In this document: one piece after another, positions 1 through 11,143 of the stretch | Layout of the letters: each line of letters begins with the position of its first letter | Numbering within the stretch: position 1 is the first letter of the stretch | Assembly (NCBI GenBank): GCA_024679065.1 | Contig: JAGIQG010000009.1 | Span: 109,244,001-109,308,000, forward strand | DNA from: Sphyrna mokarran | Lineage: Eukaryota | Length of the DNA stretch: 64,000 bases | Reading direction: 5' to 3' | The notes under the pieces: generated by a model | Seen by the model: only the letters and a program-made list of their open reading frames with translations | Databases searched by the model: none | Told to the model about the DNA's origin: nothing | Made by a program: the position numbers and the translations under genes

Positions 1-76
1 TCTATGGTGCATCTGTAAAAGCTGGTGAGAGTTGTAGCTGACATGCCAAATTTCCTTAGTCTTCGGAGAAAGTAGA
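1..76 (-). mobile_element. Rex1/Babar-like LINE RT fragment
   Basis: Reverse strand translates to YFLRRLRKFGMSATTLTSFYRCTI, typical of Rex1/Babar ORF C-terminal region. Confidence 0.6.
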
Positions 77-1611
77 ATCTGTGAAAGATGCAGGCGTAAG
101 TCACCATTTGAGATGATCTTTTTTCAGATAATCGATTAAACCAAATTAAGGGACAAAATAAGAGTTAAAGGGATATTGCATCAAAGAGACGTCACGAGAG
201 AATGATAAACGACATTGCCAGAAACTTTAACAAGGCCAGGAATGGGAACTTAACCTGACTACGTGGTATTCAGGAGAATGGCAGAAGGAGAAGTTGTTGT
301 TTGTGGCAGTATTGCTCTAGAAATTAGCGCTATTAGTAATAGAAAAGGATAATATACTGAGAGATCAAAGAATCGATCTGGCTGAAATAAAGGAGCAGCA
401 GGAACACTGTGTGTAAGCTACAAACAGCTGAATAGTGCAAAGGAGATAATGGACTAAATCTACAGACACATTGCGGAAAAATATCGGAATGATGATAACG
501 GAAGACTTCAAATATAGCTTCTGATCCTAGGATGGTTAGGGCACAGGCTGAGGGTGTTCGATCCATTATCTATGCTGCTCCTTTGCAAACTCTATCTGGA
601 TTGAATCTCCTCCCACCCCACCACCAGCCACTCTCCCCTCCTCCCGGCCATTCATTCCAAACACTGGTCCATAACATTACACTCTGGCATCACCTAAACG
701 CTTCCGAAATGTTGTGAGGATTCTCACCTCATCCACACCCCTTCAGGCAGTGAGTTCCTGATTCCCACCACCCTTTGACAAAGGGTCATCTGGACTCAAA
801 ACATCAGCTCTTTTTTCTCCTTACGGTTCCTGCTGAGGGTTTTCAGCATTTTCTCTTTTGGTCCTACCATTCTCTACCATCCTTACCTTAAATCTATGCT
901 CCCTATTGACCTCTCTATTAAAAGGAAAGATTTCTTCTGAGCCACCCTATCCATGTCCCTTATAATCTTGTGTATCCCAGTCAGGTCCCCCCCTCAGCCT
1001 CTCTGCTCCAAGGATAGCCAGCCTCTTCATAGCTGAAACCCCCTCCAGCTCAGGCAGCATCCTGGTGAATCTCCTTCTGCACCCTCTCCAGTACAATCAC
1101 ATCCTTCCTATAGAACTGCACACAGTTCTCCAGCTGTGGCTTCAGGAGTGTTTTGTACAGCTCCATTTTAACCTCTCTGCTCCTTTATTCCATGTCTCGG
1201 CTAATAAAAGGGACGGGAATACTTGGGAGATGACTGATGCAGATTCCATTTACACAGAGGCTTTGAGACATCCGCAGGCGCTGTACAAATGCAGATATTT
1301 GCTGTTTTTTTCCCCCTCCCCCCGCCTTTGGACTCGGATGTCTTTGGACTGGGTTAAATCTCACCCAGAAACCCTATCTGGATGGACGGTGTGGTGGAAG
1401 TGTAAATACAGACTGGAGTGTGTCATAAAAGACCAGTTCGGATCAGTACCACTTTTAATGCGCTTTATTTAGCGAGATTCGACCAAAACGCAGGAAAGGG
1501 CTGGCAGGGGAGCGACGGGCCGAATGGCCGTGACTAAAGCCGACATTTACATAAAATAACAATACAACAAAAAGCAAGGATGCAACTACCCCGCAGGAAA
1601 CATAACATGGA

Positions 1612-1690
1612 GGAAAGATTGAAACCATTTTCTGTCTAAATAGCTACCGTGTTTCCGGCTCCGGGGCGGATGTTTCAAAGTGAAAGTAAC
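1612..1690 (+). promoter_or_regulatory. Candidate promoter of gene A: ETS-like TTCCGG, GC box GGGGCGG, IRF/ISRE-like AAAGTGAAAGT (1677-1687)
   Basis: Motifs clustered in a CpG-containing unique patch ~130 bp upstream of a consensus donor CAG|GTAAGT. Confidence 0.55.
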
Positions 1691-1744
1691 AAAGATTAAG
1701 GTTGGGTTTTTTTTCCCCCTGTTTTGTCCGGCCTGTTTCTTCTC

Positions 1745-1809
1745 CGTTCTCCAGCTCAAACAAACCGGCAGAGAGACAGAGGGAAGAGAGGTGTTTGATG
1801 TAGCAGCAG
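1745..1809 (+). other. Candidate non-coding exon 1 of gene A (5' end approximate)
   Basis: Consensus donor GCAG|GTAAGT at 1809/1810; the ATG exon at 11039 begins with an acceptor and so needs an upstream exon. Confidence 0.5.
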
Positions 1810-2315
1810 GTAAGTGAATGAATGAGAGTGTTATCCTGGACAGTAAAAATTGGTTACATTAGGAAATTACAGCGTTCCCGGGTGGGGACCGCAGCCTCCG
1901 GGTTCAGGGTGGGATTCTCCATTTCAATCATTATGAAAAACAAGAGATCAGAGGTTCAGAAATATCTCTGGAACACTAACCACCAGATCCCTATCCAGCG
2001 CTGAACCTGACACACTCTCGTCTGTATTTACACTTCACACCACACCCTCCATCCAGGCAGGGTTTCTGGGTGAGGTTTAACAGAGGGGTGAGATTCCCTG
2101 ATCCCGAGCCCAAAAGGAGAAACAACGAATATCTGCATTTGCACAGCGCCTGCAGATGTCTCTGTGTAACCCGGTGAGGGGGGGTTGAAGTGCAGCCGCT
2201 GTTGTAGGTCTGTCCGCAACAAACTCCCCGATGAACCGATTATCTGACCTGTTACAGCTCAGGGAATAAAGCTCAAAACTGGGGAAAACACAGTCACACC
2301 CCAAACCCCACACCT

Positions 2316-4418
2316 CAGCACCCAGTATTATAGAGAGAGGGGCCCCAGCACCCAGTATTATAGAGAGAGGGGCCCCAGCACCCAGTATTATAGAGAGAGA
2401 TCCCCAGCACCCAGTATTATAGAGAGAGGGGCCCCAGCACCCAGTATTATAGAGAGAGATCCCCAGCACCCAGTATTATAGAGAGAGGGGCCCCAGCACG
2501 CCATATTATAGAAAGAGGGGCCCCAGCACCCCTATTATAGAGAAGAGGGGCCCCAGCACCCAGTATTTAGAGAAGAGAGAGATCCCCAGCACCCAGTATT
2601 ATAGAGAGAGAGAGAGATCCCCAGCACCCAGTATTATAGAGAGAGAGATCCCCAGCACCCACTATTATAGAGAGAGAGAGATCCCCAGCACCCACTATTA
2701 TAGAGAGAGAGAGATCCCCAGCACCCAGTATTGTAGAGAGAGAGAGAGATCCCCAGCACCCAGTATTATAGAGAGAGAGATCCCCAACACCCAGTATTAT
2801 AGAGAGAGAGGGGCCCCAGCACCCAGTATTATAGAGAGAGAGATCCCCAGCACCCAGTATTATAGAGAGAGAGATCCCCAGCACCCAGTATTATAGAGAG
2901 AGAGATCCCTAGCACCCTGTATTATAGAGAGAGAGAGAGATCCCCAGCACCCAGTATTATAGAGTGAGAGAGAGATCCCCAGCACCCAGTATTATAGAGT
3001 GAGAGAGAGATCCCCAGCACCCAGTATTATAGAGAGAGAGAGATCCCCAGCACCTAGTATTATAGGGAGAGAGAGCGATCCTCAGCACCCAGTATTATAG
3101 AGAGAGAGATCCCCAACACCCAGTATTATAGAGAGAGAGGGGCCCCAGCACCCAGTATTATAGAGAGAGAGATCTCCAGCACCCAGTATTATATATAGAG
3201 AGAGAGATCCCCAGTACCCAGTATTATAGAGAAAGAGAGAGAGAGATCCCCAGCACCCAGTATTATAGAGAGAGAGAGAGATCCCCAGCACCCAGTATTA
3301 TATAGAGAGAGAGAGATCCCCAGCACCCAGTATTATATAGAGAGAGATCCCCAGCACCCAGTATTATAGAGAGAGAGATCCCTAGCACCATATTATAGAG
3401 AGAGAGAGAGATCCCCAGCACCCAGTATTATAGAGAGAGAGATCCCAGCACCCAGTATTATAGAGAGAGAGAGAGATCCCCAGCACCCAGTATTATAGAG
3501 AGAGAGAGAAATCCAGCACCCACTATTATAGAGAGAGAGAGATCCCCAGCACCGTATTGTAGAGAGAGAGAGAGATCCCAGCACCCAGTATTATAGAGAG
3601 AGAGATCCCCAACACCCAGATTATAGAGAGAGAGGGCCCCAGCACCAGTATTATAGAGAGAGAGAGAGAGATCCCCAGCACCCAGTATTATAGAGAGAGA
3701 GATCCCCAGCACCCAGTATTATAGAGAGAGAGATCCCCAGCACCCAGTATTATAGAGAGAGAATCCCTAGCACCCTGTATTATAGAGAGAGAGAGAGATC
3801 CCAGCACCCAGTATTATAGAGTGAGAGAGAGATCCCCAGCACCCAGTATTATAGAGTGAGAGAGAGATCCCCAGCACCCAGTATTATAGAGAGAGAGAGA
3901 TCCCCAGCACCTAGTATTATAGGGAGAGAGAGCGATCCTCAGCACCCAGTATTATAGAGAGAGAGTCCCCAACACCCAGTATATAGAGAGAGAGGGGCCC
4001 CAGCACCCAGTATTATAGAGAGAGAGATCTCCAGCACCCAGTATTATATATAGAGAGAGAGATCCCCAGTACCCAGTATTATAGAGAAAGAGAGAGAGAG
4101 ATCCCCAGCACCCAGTATTATAGAGAGAGAGAGAGATCCCCAGCACCCAGTATTATATAGAGAGAGAGAGATCCCCAGCACCCAGTATTATATAGAGAGA
4201 GATCCCCAGCACCCAGTATTATAGAGAGAGAGAGAGATCCCCAGCACCCAGTATTATAGAGAGAGAGATCCCCAGCACCCAGTATTATAGAGAGAGAGAG
4301 ATCCCCAGCACCCAGTATTATAGAGAGAGAGAGATCCCCAGCACCTAGTATTATAGGGAGAGAGAGCGATCCCCAGCACCCAGTATTATAGAGAGAGAGA
4401 TCCCCAGTACCCAGTATT
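2316..4418. repeat. Minisatellite, unit CCCCAGCACCCAGTATTATA(GA)nT, ~30-38 bp with variable GA tract
   Basis: Tandem copies directly visible. Confidence 0.97.
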
Positions 4419-5335
4419 AGAACAAAGAACAAAACAGCACGGGAAACAGGCCCTTCGGCCCAAGAGCCTGCGCCGCCATCCTGATGTTCCCACCTCTACC
4501 TGCGATCCCTGTCCATATTTATAGGTCTATGGATTAAAAACCAAATTTGAGACAATTTAGGGAGAATTTGTTTTGCCAATTAGCCTAAGAGCACATCTTT
4601 GGGATGTGGGAGGAAACCGGAGCACCCGGAGAAAACCCATGCAAGTACGGGGAGAATGCGCAAACTCCCACAGACACAGGCCCAAATCCATGTATCTGCA
4701 CACCACAGCGATAGTCACTGAGCTGTCGTGTTGCCCATCAAATGGTCCAGGTCAAGCGTACACTAACGACGTGAAGCACTAGAATACTCTCGAAAAAAAA
4801 TCCAAGAGCAGCCCTCTCACAACCCCTCACGTGTATGCCCCTCTTTAGACAACAAGGTGGACCAAAGCACCTGTGAGATAAAAACAAGTACATCAATATC
4901 ATGTCTATTTACACACTTCCCAGGACTCCCAAGACTCATAATCGCTATTTTAAATCAGTTTTCTATACCCCTCCATTCCCATTCTGTTCACGTGCCCATC
5001 TAAGTATTTCTTAAATAACTCCAGAGTACCTGCCTCCACCACTTTACTTGGCAGCGCATTCCATACCCCCACCACCCTCTGTGTGAAAAACTCCCTCTAG
5101 CATCCAAATTATACCTTACCCCCCTCACCCTAAGCCCGTGACCCCTCGTGCTATTTGAGTCCATCTTAGGAAAAAGCTTAACCCTGTTTACTCTATCTAT
5201 ACCCCTCATAATCTTGTACACCTCTATCAGATCTCCTCTAAGTCTACGTCTTTCTAAGGAAAACAGTTCCAATTTGCCTAACCTCACTTCGTAACTCAGA
5301 CCTTCCATAACTCAGACTCTGTCCAGAGTCTCCAC
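4419..5335 (-). mobile_element. CR1-like LINE, 3' part of a minus-strand copy (host of a nested insertion)
   Basis: Reverse complement of ~5632-6575; ORF 5000-5308(-) LERRRLRGDLIEVYKIMRG; (TTTGTTC)n tail at 4419. Confidence 0.92.
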
Positions 5336-6575
5336 GATAAATGTGAGGTGATGCATTTCGGGAGAAAGAATGTAGGGGGGAGGTATATGATAAAGGATAG
5401 ACCTATTAAGAGTATAGAAACGCAGAGGGACCTGGGGGTGCAGGTGAACAAGTCTCTGAAGGTGGCAGAGCAAGTGGAGAAGGTTGTGAAGAAAGCATAT
5501 AGTATGCTAGCCTTTATAGGAAGGGGTATAGAGTACAAGAGCTGGCCTTTAATGTTGCAGTTGTATAAAACGTTGGTTAGACCTCATTTGGAATACTGCG
5601 TCCAGTTCTGGTCGCCTTGCTACCGGAAGGATGTGGAGACTCTGGAGAGAGTGCAGAGGAGGTTTACCAGGATGCTGCCTGGTATGGATGGTCTGAGTTA
5701 CGAGGAGAGATTAGGCAAATTGGGGCTGTTTTCCTCAGAAAGACGTAGACTTAGAGGAGATCTAATAGAGGTGTACAAGATTATGAGGGGCATAGATAGA
5801 GTAAACAGGGTTAAGCTTTTTCCTAGGATGGACTCAAATAGCACGAGGGGTCACGGGCTTAGGGTGAGGGGGGTAAGGTATAATTTGGATGCTAGAGGGA
5901 GGTTTTTCACACAGAGGGTGGTGGGGGTATGGAATGCGCTGCCAAGTAAAGTGGTGGAGGCAGGTACTCTGGAGTTATTTAAGAAATACTTAGATGGGCA
6001 CATGAACAGAATGGGAATGGAGGGGTATAGAAAACTGATTTAAAATAGGGATCATGAGCCTTGGGAGTCCCTGGGAAGTGTGTAAATAGATGATGATATT
6101 GATGTACTTGTTTTTATCTCACAGGTGCTTTGGTCCACCTTGTTGTCTAACGAGGGGCATACACGCGATGGGTCGTGAGAGGGCTGCTCTTGGATTTTTT
6201 TTCGAGAGTATCCTAGTGCTTCACGTCGTTAGTGTACGCTTGACCTGGACCATTTGATGGGCAACACGACAGCTCAGTGACTATCGCTGTGGTGTGCCAA
6301 TACATGGATTTGGGCCTGTGTCTGTGGGAGTTTGCGCATTCTCCCCGTGCTTGCGTGGGTTTTCTCCGGGTGCTCCCACATTCCTCCCACATCCCAAAGA
6401 TGTGCTAATTGGCAAAACAAATTCTCCCTAAATTGTCTCAAATTTGGTTTTTTAATCCATAGATCTATAAACATGGACAGGGATCACGGGTAGAGGTGGG
6501 AACATCGGGGTGGCGGCGTGAGCTCGTTGGGCCGAAGGGCCTGTTTCCCGTGCTGTTTTGTTCTTTGTTCTTTGT
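5336..6575 (+). mobile_element. CR1-like LINE, 5'-truncated, intact ORF2 C-terminus (5348-6043) plus 3' UTR and tail
   Basis: Motifs LYKTLVRPHLEYCVQFWSP, LERVQRRFTRM, RLRGDLIEVYKIM, FTQRVVGVWNALP; tail gggccgaagggcctgttt..(tttgttc)n. Confidence 0.95.
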
Positions 6576-6695
6576 CCTTCCGGTAGCAAGGCGACAAGAA
6601 CTGGATGCAGTATTCCAAATGAGGTCTAACCAATGTTTTATACAACTGCAACATTAAAGGCCAGTCTTGTACTCTATACCCCTTCCTATAAAGGC
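6576..6695 (-). mobile_element. CR1-like LINE, remaining 5' piece of the minus-strand host copy
   Basis: Reverse complement of ~5510-5630; contiguous in LINE coordinates with the piece ending at 5335. Confidence 0.88.
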
Positions 6696-7360
6696 CAGTA
6701 TTTACATGGGGTCCCTGGGGAGTGTGTCAGTTTTTACAGGGGGTGCCTGGGGAGTGTGTCAGTATTTACAGGGGGTCCCTGGGGAGTGTGTCAGTATTTA
6801 CAGCGGGTCCCTGGGGAGTGTGTCAGTATTTACAGGGGATCCCTGGGGAGTGTGTCAGTATTTACAGGGAGTCCGCGGGGAGTGTCAGTATTTACAGGGG
6901 GTGCCTGGGGAGTGTGTCAGTATTTACAGGGGGTCCCTGGGGAGTGTGTCAGTATTTACAGGGGGTCCCTGGGGAGTGTGTCAGTATTTACAGGGGGTCC
7001 CCAGGGAGTGTGTCAGTATTTACAGTGGGGGCCCTGGGGAGAGTGTGTCAGTATTTACAGGGGTGTCCGGGGAGTGTGTCAGTATTTACAGGGGGTGCCT
7101 GGGGAGTGTTAGTATTTACAGGGGGTCCCTGGGGAGTGTGTCAGTATTTACAGGGGGTCCCTGGGGAGTGTGTCAGTATTTACAGGGGGTGCCTGGGGAG
7201 TGTGTCAGTATTTACAGGGAGTCCCCGGGGAGTGTGTCAGTATTTACAGCGGGTTCCCTGGGGAGTGTGTCAGTATTTAGAGGGGGTGCCTGGGGAGTGT
7301 GTCAGTATTTACAGGGGGTCCCTGGGGAGTGTATCAGTATTTACAGGAGGGTCCCTGTTT
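6696..7360. repeat. 32-bp minisatellite CAGTATTTACAGGGGGTCCCTGGGGAGTGTGT
   Basis: About 20 tandem copies. Confidence 0.97.
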
Positions 7361-7602
7361 TGAGTACTGACAGGGGGTTAGAATTATTGAATTCTGAGTG
7401 TGGTTGACCCAGGATTTTCTGGGCTGCACATCCATTCGTGTAATCTGATCACAGGGGACACACCCATCCTCACTGCAGAACTTCCTGTTGCTTTAGCTTC
7501 CTCTAATCAGCTCGAAAAAGCCATTGAGAGACTTTGCACTCTTCGAACGCCCGTGACCTTCAGATCGAACATTCCAGCAGGCTAAATATACTGAAATAGA
7601 CA

Positions 7603-7603
<1 letters not shown>

Positions 7604-7646
<43 letters not shown>
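7604..7646. repeat. Compound (TC)n(AC)n microsatellite
   Basis: Directly visible. Confidence 0.95.
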
Positions 7647-7647
<1 letters not shown>

Positions 7648-7999
7648 GTACAAATGTCTGATAAACACTTTGTGGGGGCATGGAGTGTCTGATTAATCTT
7701 GGGCAGATACACACACACACACACCCCACTAGATATGAAAGTCAGAGTAGATTAACAAGCATTCCCAGTACTGCCAAGAGAAGGAAAATTGTTCATATCT
7801 CTGGCAGGCAAACAGATGGAGTTTGAAGTCTTCTATATTTGTATTTAAGTATTGGAAACACGATACAGTTTAAAGTGAGTTTAATTCAGTGCAGTATGGA
7901 AGGGTAAATCTTCTCATGTTAGACGAAGGTGTTTGCATAGGGAGAGGTTTGACTTCAGTTAAAACTGGGCTTTTATTGAGCTTAGAGATTGTTACAAAG

Positions 8000-9810
8000 T
8001 GAAAACTAAACAAGCTGGAGCATTGATCAAGGAGTGATTATTTTAGCAAGCTCTTCAGATGAGACCTTACGAGCAGAATTTAGAAACAGAAAGGGGGCAA
8101 TCACATTACTGGCAGTGTACTGTAGCTCTCAAAAAAGTCAGAGGGAGATTGAAAAGTAGCTATATCGGCAAGTCTCAGAGAATTGTTAGGATAATGGGTA
8201 GTAATAGTCAGGGATTTTAACTCCCCCGATACTTTGTGGGACGGTCAAAGTATGAAAGGCTTAGAAGGAGCAGAATTCTTAAAATGCATCCAGAGAGCTT
8301 TTTGACCCCATACATAGAAAATCCTACAAGAGACGGGGCGGTGCTGAACCCCATTTTAGGGAATGAATGTGAGCAGGTAGTAGAGATGTCAGAGGGGAGC
8401 ATTTCAGCAACAGTGACCATAATTCAGTAAGATTTAAGATAGTTATGGGAAAGAACAAAAGTATACAAGAAATAAGGTATCTGAATTGCGGGGGAGGCTG
8501 ATTTGAATAGGATAAGGTAGGATCCGGACAAAGAGAGCAGACGCTTGTAGGAAAATCTATATCAGAGCAGTGGGATTCATTCAGAAAGAAAATAGAGAGA
8601 GTACAGGGCCACATGTTCCCCAAGAAAGTGAAGAGCGGGAACAACAAGTCCAGAGAACCCTAGATGTCAAGGAATATCCGGGGTTGGATGAGGAAAAGAA
8701 AAGGGAAGCTTGTGGTGGGTTCAGGGAGCTCAAACTCAGGAAACCCTAGCGGAATATAGAAAATGACAGGAATGGGAGGGGGGAGGAATTAAAAGACTGG
8801 TGAGCAAAATAAAGATAGAACACTTTGGGATTTTCAAACGTAATAAGAGCAGAAGGATGACCAGGGATAGAATAAGGTCCATCAGGGATCTGAGTGACAC
8901 TCTGTATGCGGAGTCAGAAGATGTAAGTAAGGTTTTAAATGAATGTTTTCTATCTGTGTTCACAATGGAGAAGGAGGATGCGCGGAGAGAAATCAGGGAG
9001 GGTGGAGTGTGATATAATGGAACAGATTCACATTGGCGAGTGTTAGTGGGTGTAAAAGTGGATAAATCCCCAGGCCCAGATGAGATATATCCCAGACTGA
9101 TGTGTGACACAAGGTAAGAGATCACAGCAGCTCCGACGCTAACTTTCAGATCCCATCCGGCCACAGGAGAGCACTGGAGGGCAACGAAACTGGGACTGTT
9201 ATTCACTAAAAACTAGGAAATTGCAGGCCCGTGATTCTAACTTCAATGGTAGGGAAACTATTGGAAAAAATCCTGAGGGATAGAATTAATCTGCACTTGG
9301 AGAGAAAAGGATTGATGGAGAATAGTCAGCACGGCATGTCTAACATATTTGAATTTTTTGAGGAAGTGACTAGGTGTGTAGATAGTGCAGTTGGTGTAGC
9401 CTACATGGATTTTGGTAAGGATTCTGACAAGGTCCCACCTGATGAAGAAGGTGAGAGCCCACGGGATCCAGGAGAATTTGGCAAATTGGATCCAAACTTG
9501 GCTGGAGGCAGAGAGTGAGGGTCGAAGCTTGTCCTGGCGCCTGGGGAGCCTGTGTTCGGTGATGGTCCGCTGGGATCGGTGCTGAGTGTCTTGCTGTTTG
9601 TAATGACGGAGAGGAGAATGTGGGATCAGTAAGTCTGTAGCTGAGTAAATAGTGAGGAGGGAAGCCTTAGATTACAGGAGATCACTAGTTAGACCAGTGG
9701 GACATTGAATTGTACCCTGAAAAATATGATGCATTTTGGAAGCAGTAACAAGTTAGGGGAATGAATGACAGGCCACGGGGAAGTACAGAGAACCAGAGGG
9801 ATTTTGAGGT
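8000..9810 (+). mobile_element. Old degenerate CR1-like LINE ORF2 remnant (endonuclease to RT)
   Basis: Frameshifted fragments ENPTRDGAVL, SKVLNECFLSVFTME, DKSPGPDEIYPRL, LTSMVGKLLEKILRDRINLHLE, YMDFGK. Confidence 0.85.
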
Positions 9811-10619
9811 GTTAATTTTGAAACGTGTATCCATTTGTGAACCAAAGAGGGGAATAAAGAAATATTGTATTATAATCCAACTTCTCATGTGTAACAAATA
9901 TTGTTTTCTTGTTAAATGAATTAGCTGTGACTGTTTGTCTCCGTTTTCTGTAAGAAAGTACAAGTTCTGAATCTCTGAGGCAGCCTTCCATTTAGAACTC
10001 TTTCCCATTCAGTCGTGACACTAACTGGGATCGGAACAATGAGGTTGGACGTCCACCTCTGAATCCTCCTCACACACACACGAGTGGCCGTGAATCCGAG
10101 TGGGAAAGGTTCCTTGATGTGGAGTGCTGTTCCTTGAGCTATATTGATCACAGATTCCATTAGCTCACTCACCTACATTGACTCCCAGATAAGATTTTAA
10201 ATCTTTTGCCCGGGTTTACAAATCCATCCAGATCCCCCCCCCGCCCCCCCCAAATCCATCTCTATAATCTCTAATTCCAGAACTTCGGAACGCAGTGTAA
10301 GAGATTCTGCACTCCTTGAATTCTGGCCTCTCGAGCATTCATTAACTTCAATCGCTCTGTCCTTGCTTGACTTCTCTACAGTTGCTTTGGCCTAAGCTCA
10401 GAAATTCCACACCCCCCGCCCCCCCCCCCACCCCCCCCCCCCACCCTCCTCCCAACACCCTGGGCCTCTCTACCTATAGAACGCTCCTTTAGAACGCTCC
10501 TTCACACCTCCCTCTTTGACCAAGGCTTGGGACATCTGATCTAATAGATCCAGCTTTGGTTTTTGGTGGTCATACTTCACTAGTTAATTGACCCTCTCGT
10601 GAAAAGGTTGGGAAATCAG

Positions 10620-10940
10620 TGGTGACACAGTGATTAGCACCGCTGCCTCTCAGCGCCAGGACCCAGGTTCAATTCCTGCCTCGAGAGACTGTGCAGAGTC
10701 TGCACATTCTCCCTGTGTCTGCATGGGTTTCCTCCTACACTCCAAAGATGTAGAGTGGATTAGCTTTGCAAAATTGACCCTTACTGTCCAAAAAGGGTTA
10801 GGTTAGGGGAATTAGCCTTGGGAAATGTGTTTTGGGGATGGGGTGAGAGCCTGGATAAGATGCTCTTTCGGAGAGTTAGTGCAGACTTGATGGGCCAAAT
10901 GGCTTCTTTCTGCACTGTAGGGGTGTTAGAGATTCTATGT
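10620..10940 (+). mobile_element. tRNA-derived V-SINE (HE1-like)
   Basis: A/B-box head (acagtgattagcac..ggttcaattcc), body tgcacattctccctgtgtctgcatgggtttcctcc, CR1-like tail gatgggccaaatggc..ctgcactgtag. Confidence 0.8.
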
Positions 10941-11073
10941 TAAAGGAGCTATATGGAAAGAAGTTGCTCTTGCAATTGTTTCTTTCATGAGCAAAGAAGT
11001 TTAGTGTCAAACCGTAATGCGAGCCTCTTATCCTTCAGGTTTTGCACGTTCAGGCTTTGGGCTTTCACTGAAG

Positions 11074-11143
11074 ATGTCCTGGAAGATGGGGCCCTGGACC
11101 CTGTCTCTGATTCTCCTTCTCACGATCCATTCTGCACTGACAG
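11074..11143 (+). CDS. Butyrophilin-like gene A, coding exon 1: signal peptide MSWKMGPWTLSLILLLTIHSALT (exon starts 11039)
   Basis: Acceptor tccttcAG at 11038, ATG 11074, hydrophobic core, donor ACAG|GTGAGT phase 1, in frame with the IgV exon. Confidence 0.88.

Larger units (their letters stand above)
1250..2169. repeat. Degenerate inverted repeat (arms 1250-1425 and 2008-2169) enclosing candidate promoter/exon 1 of gene A
   Basis: Left arm ttacacagag..gcaggcgctgtacaaatgcagatatt..ctcacccagaaaccct..ctggatgga..gtgtaaatacagac..gagtgtgtca matches the reverse complement of the right arm; the ORF track shows VKSHPETLSGW (+) vs VKPHPETLPGW (-). Confidence 0.9.

Noticed and set aside
5348-6043. 231-aa ORF as a host gene
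   Set aside because: C-terminal fragment of CR1-like ORF2, 5'-truncated and lacking the catalytic RT core
2077-7407. Repetitive ORFs (SIILGAGDLSL, GSVSVFTGG)
   Set aside because: Minisatellite translations open in several frames
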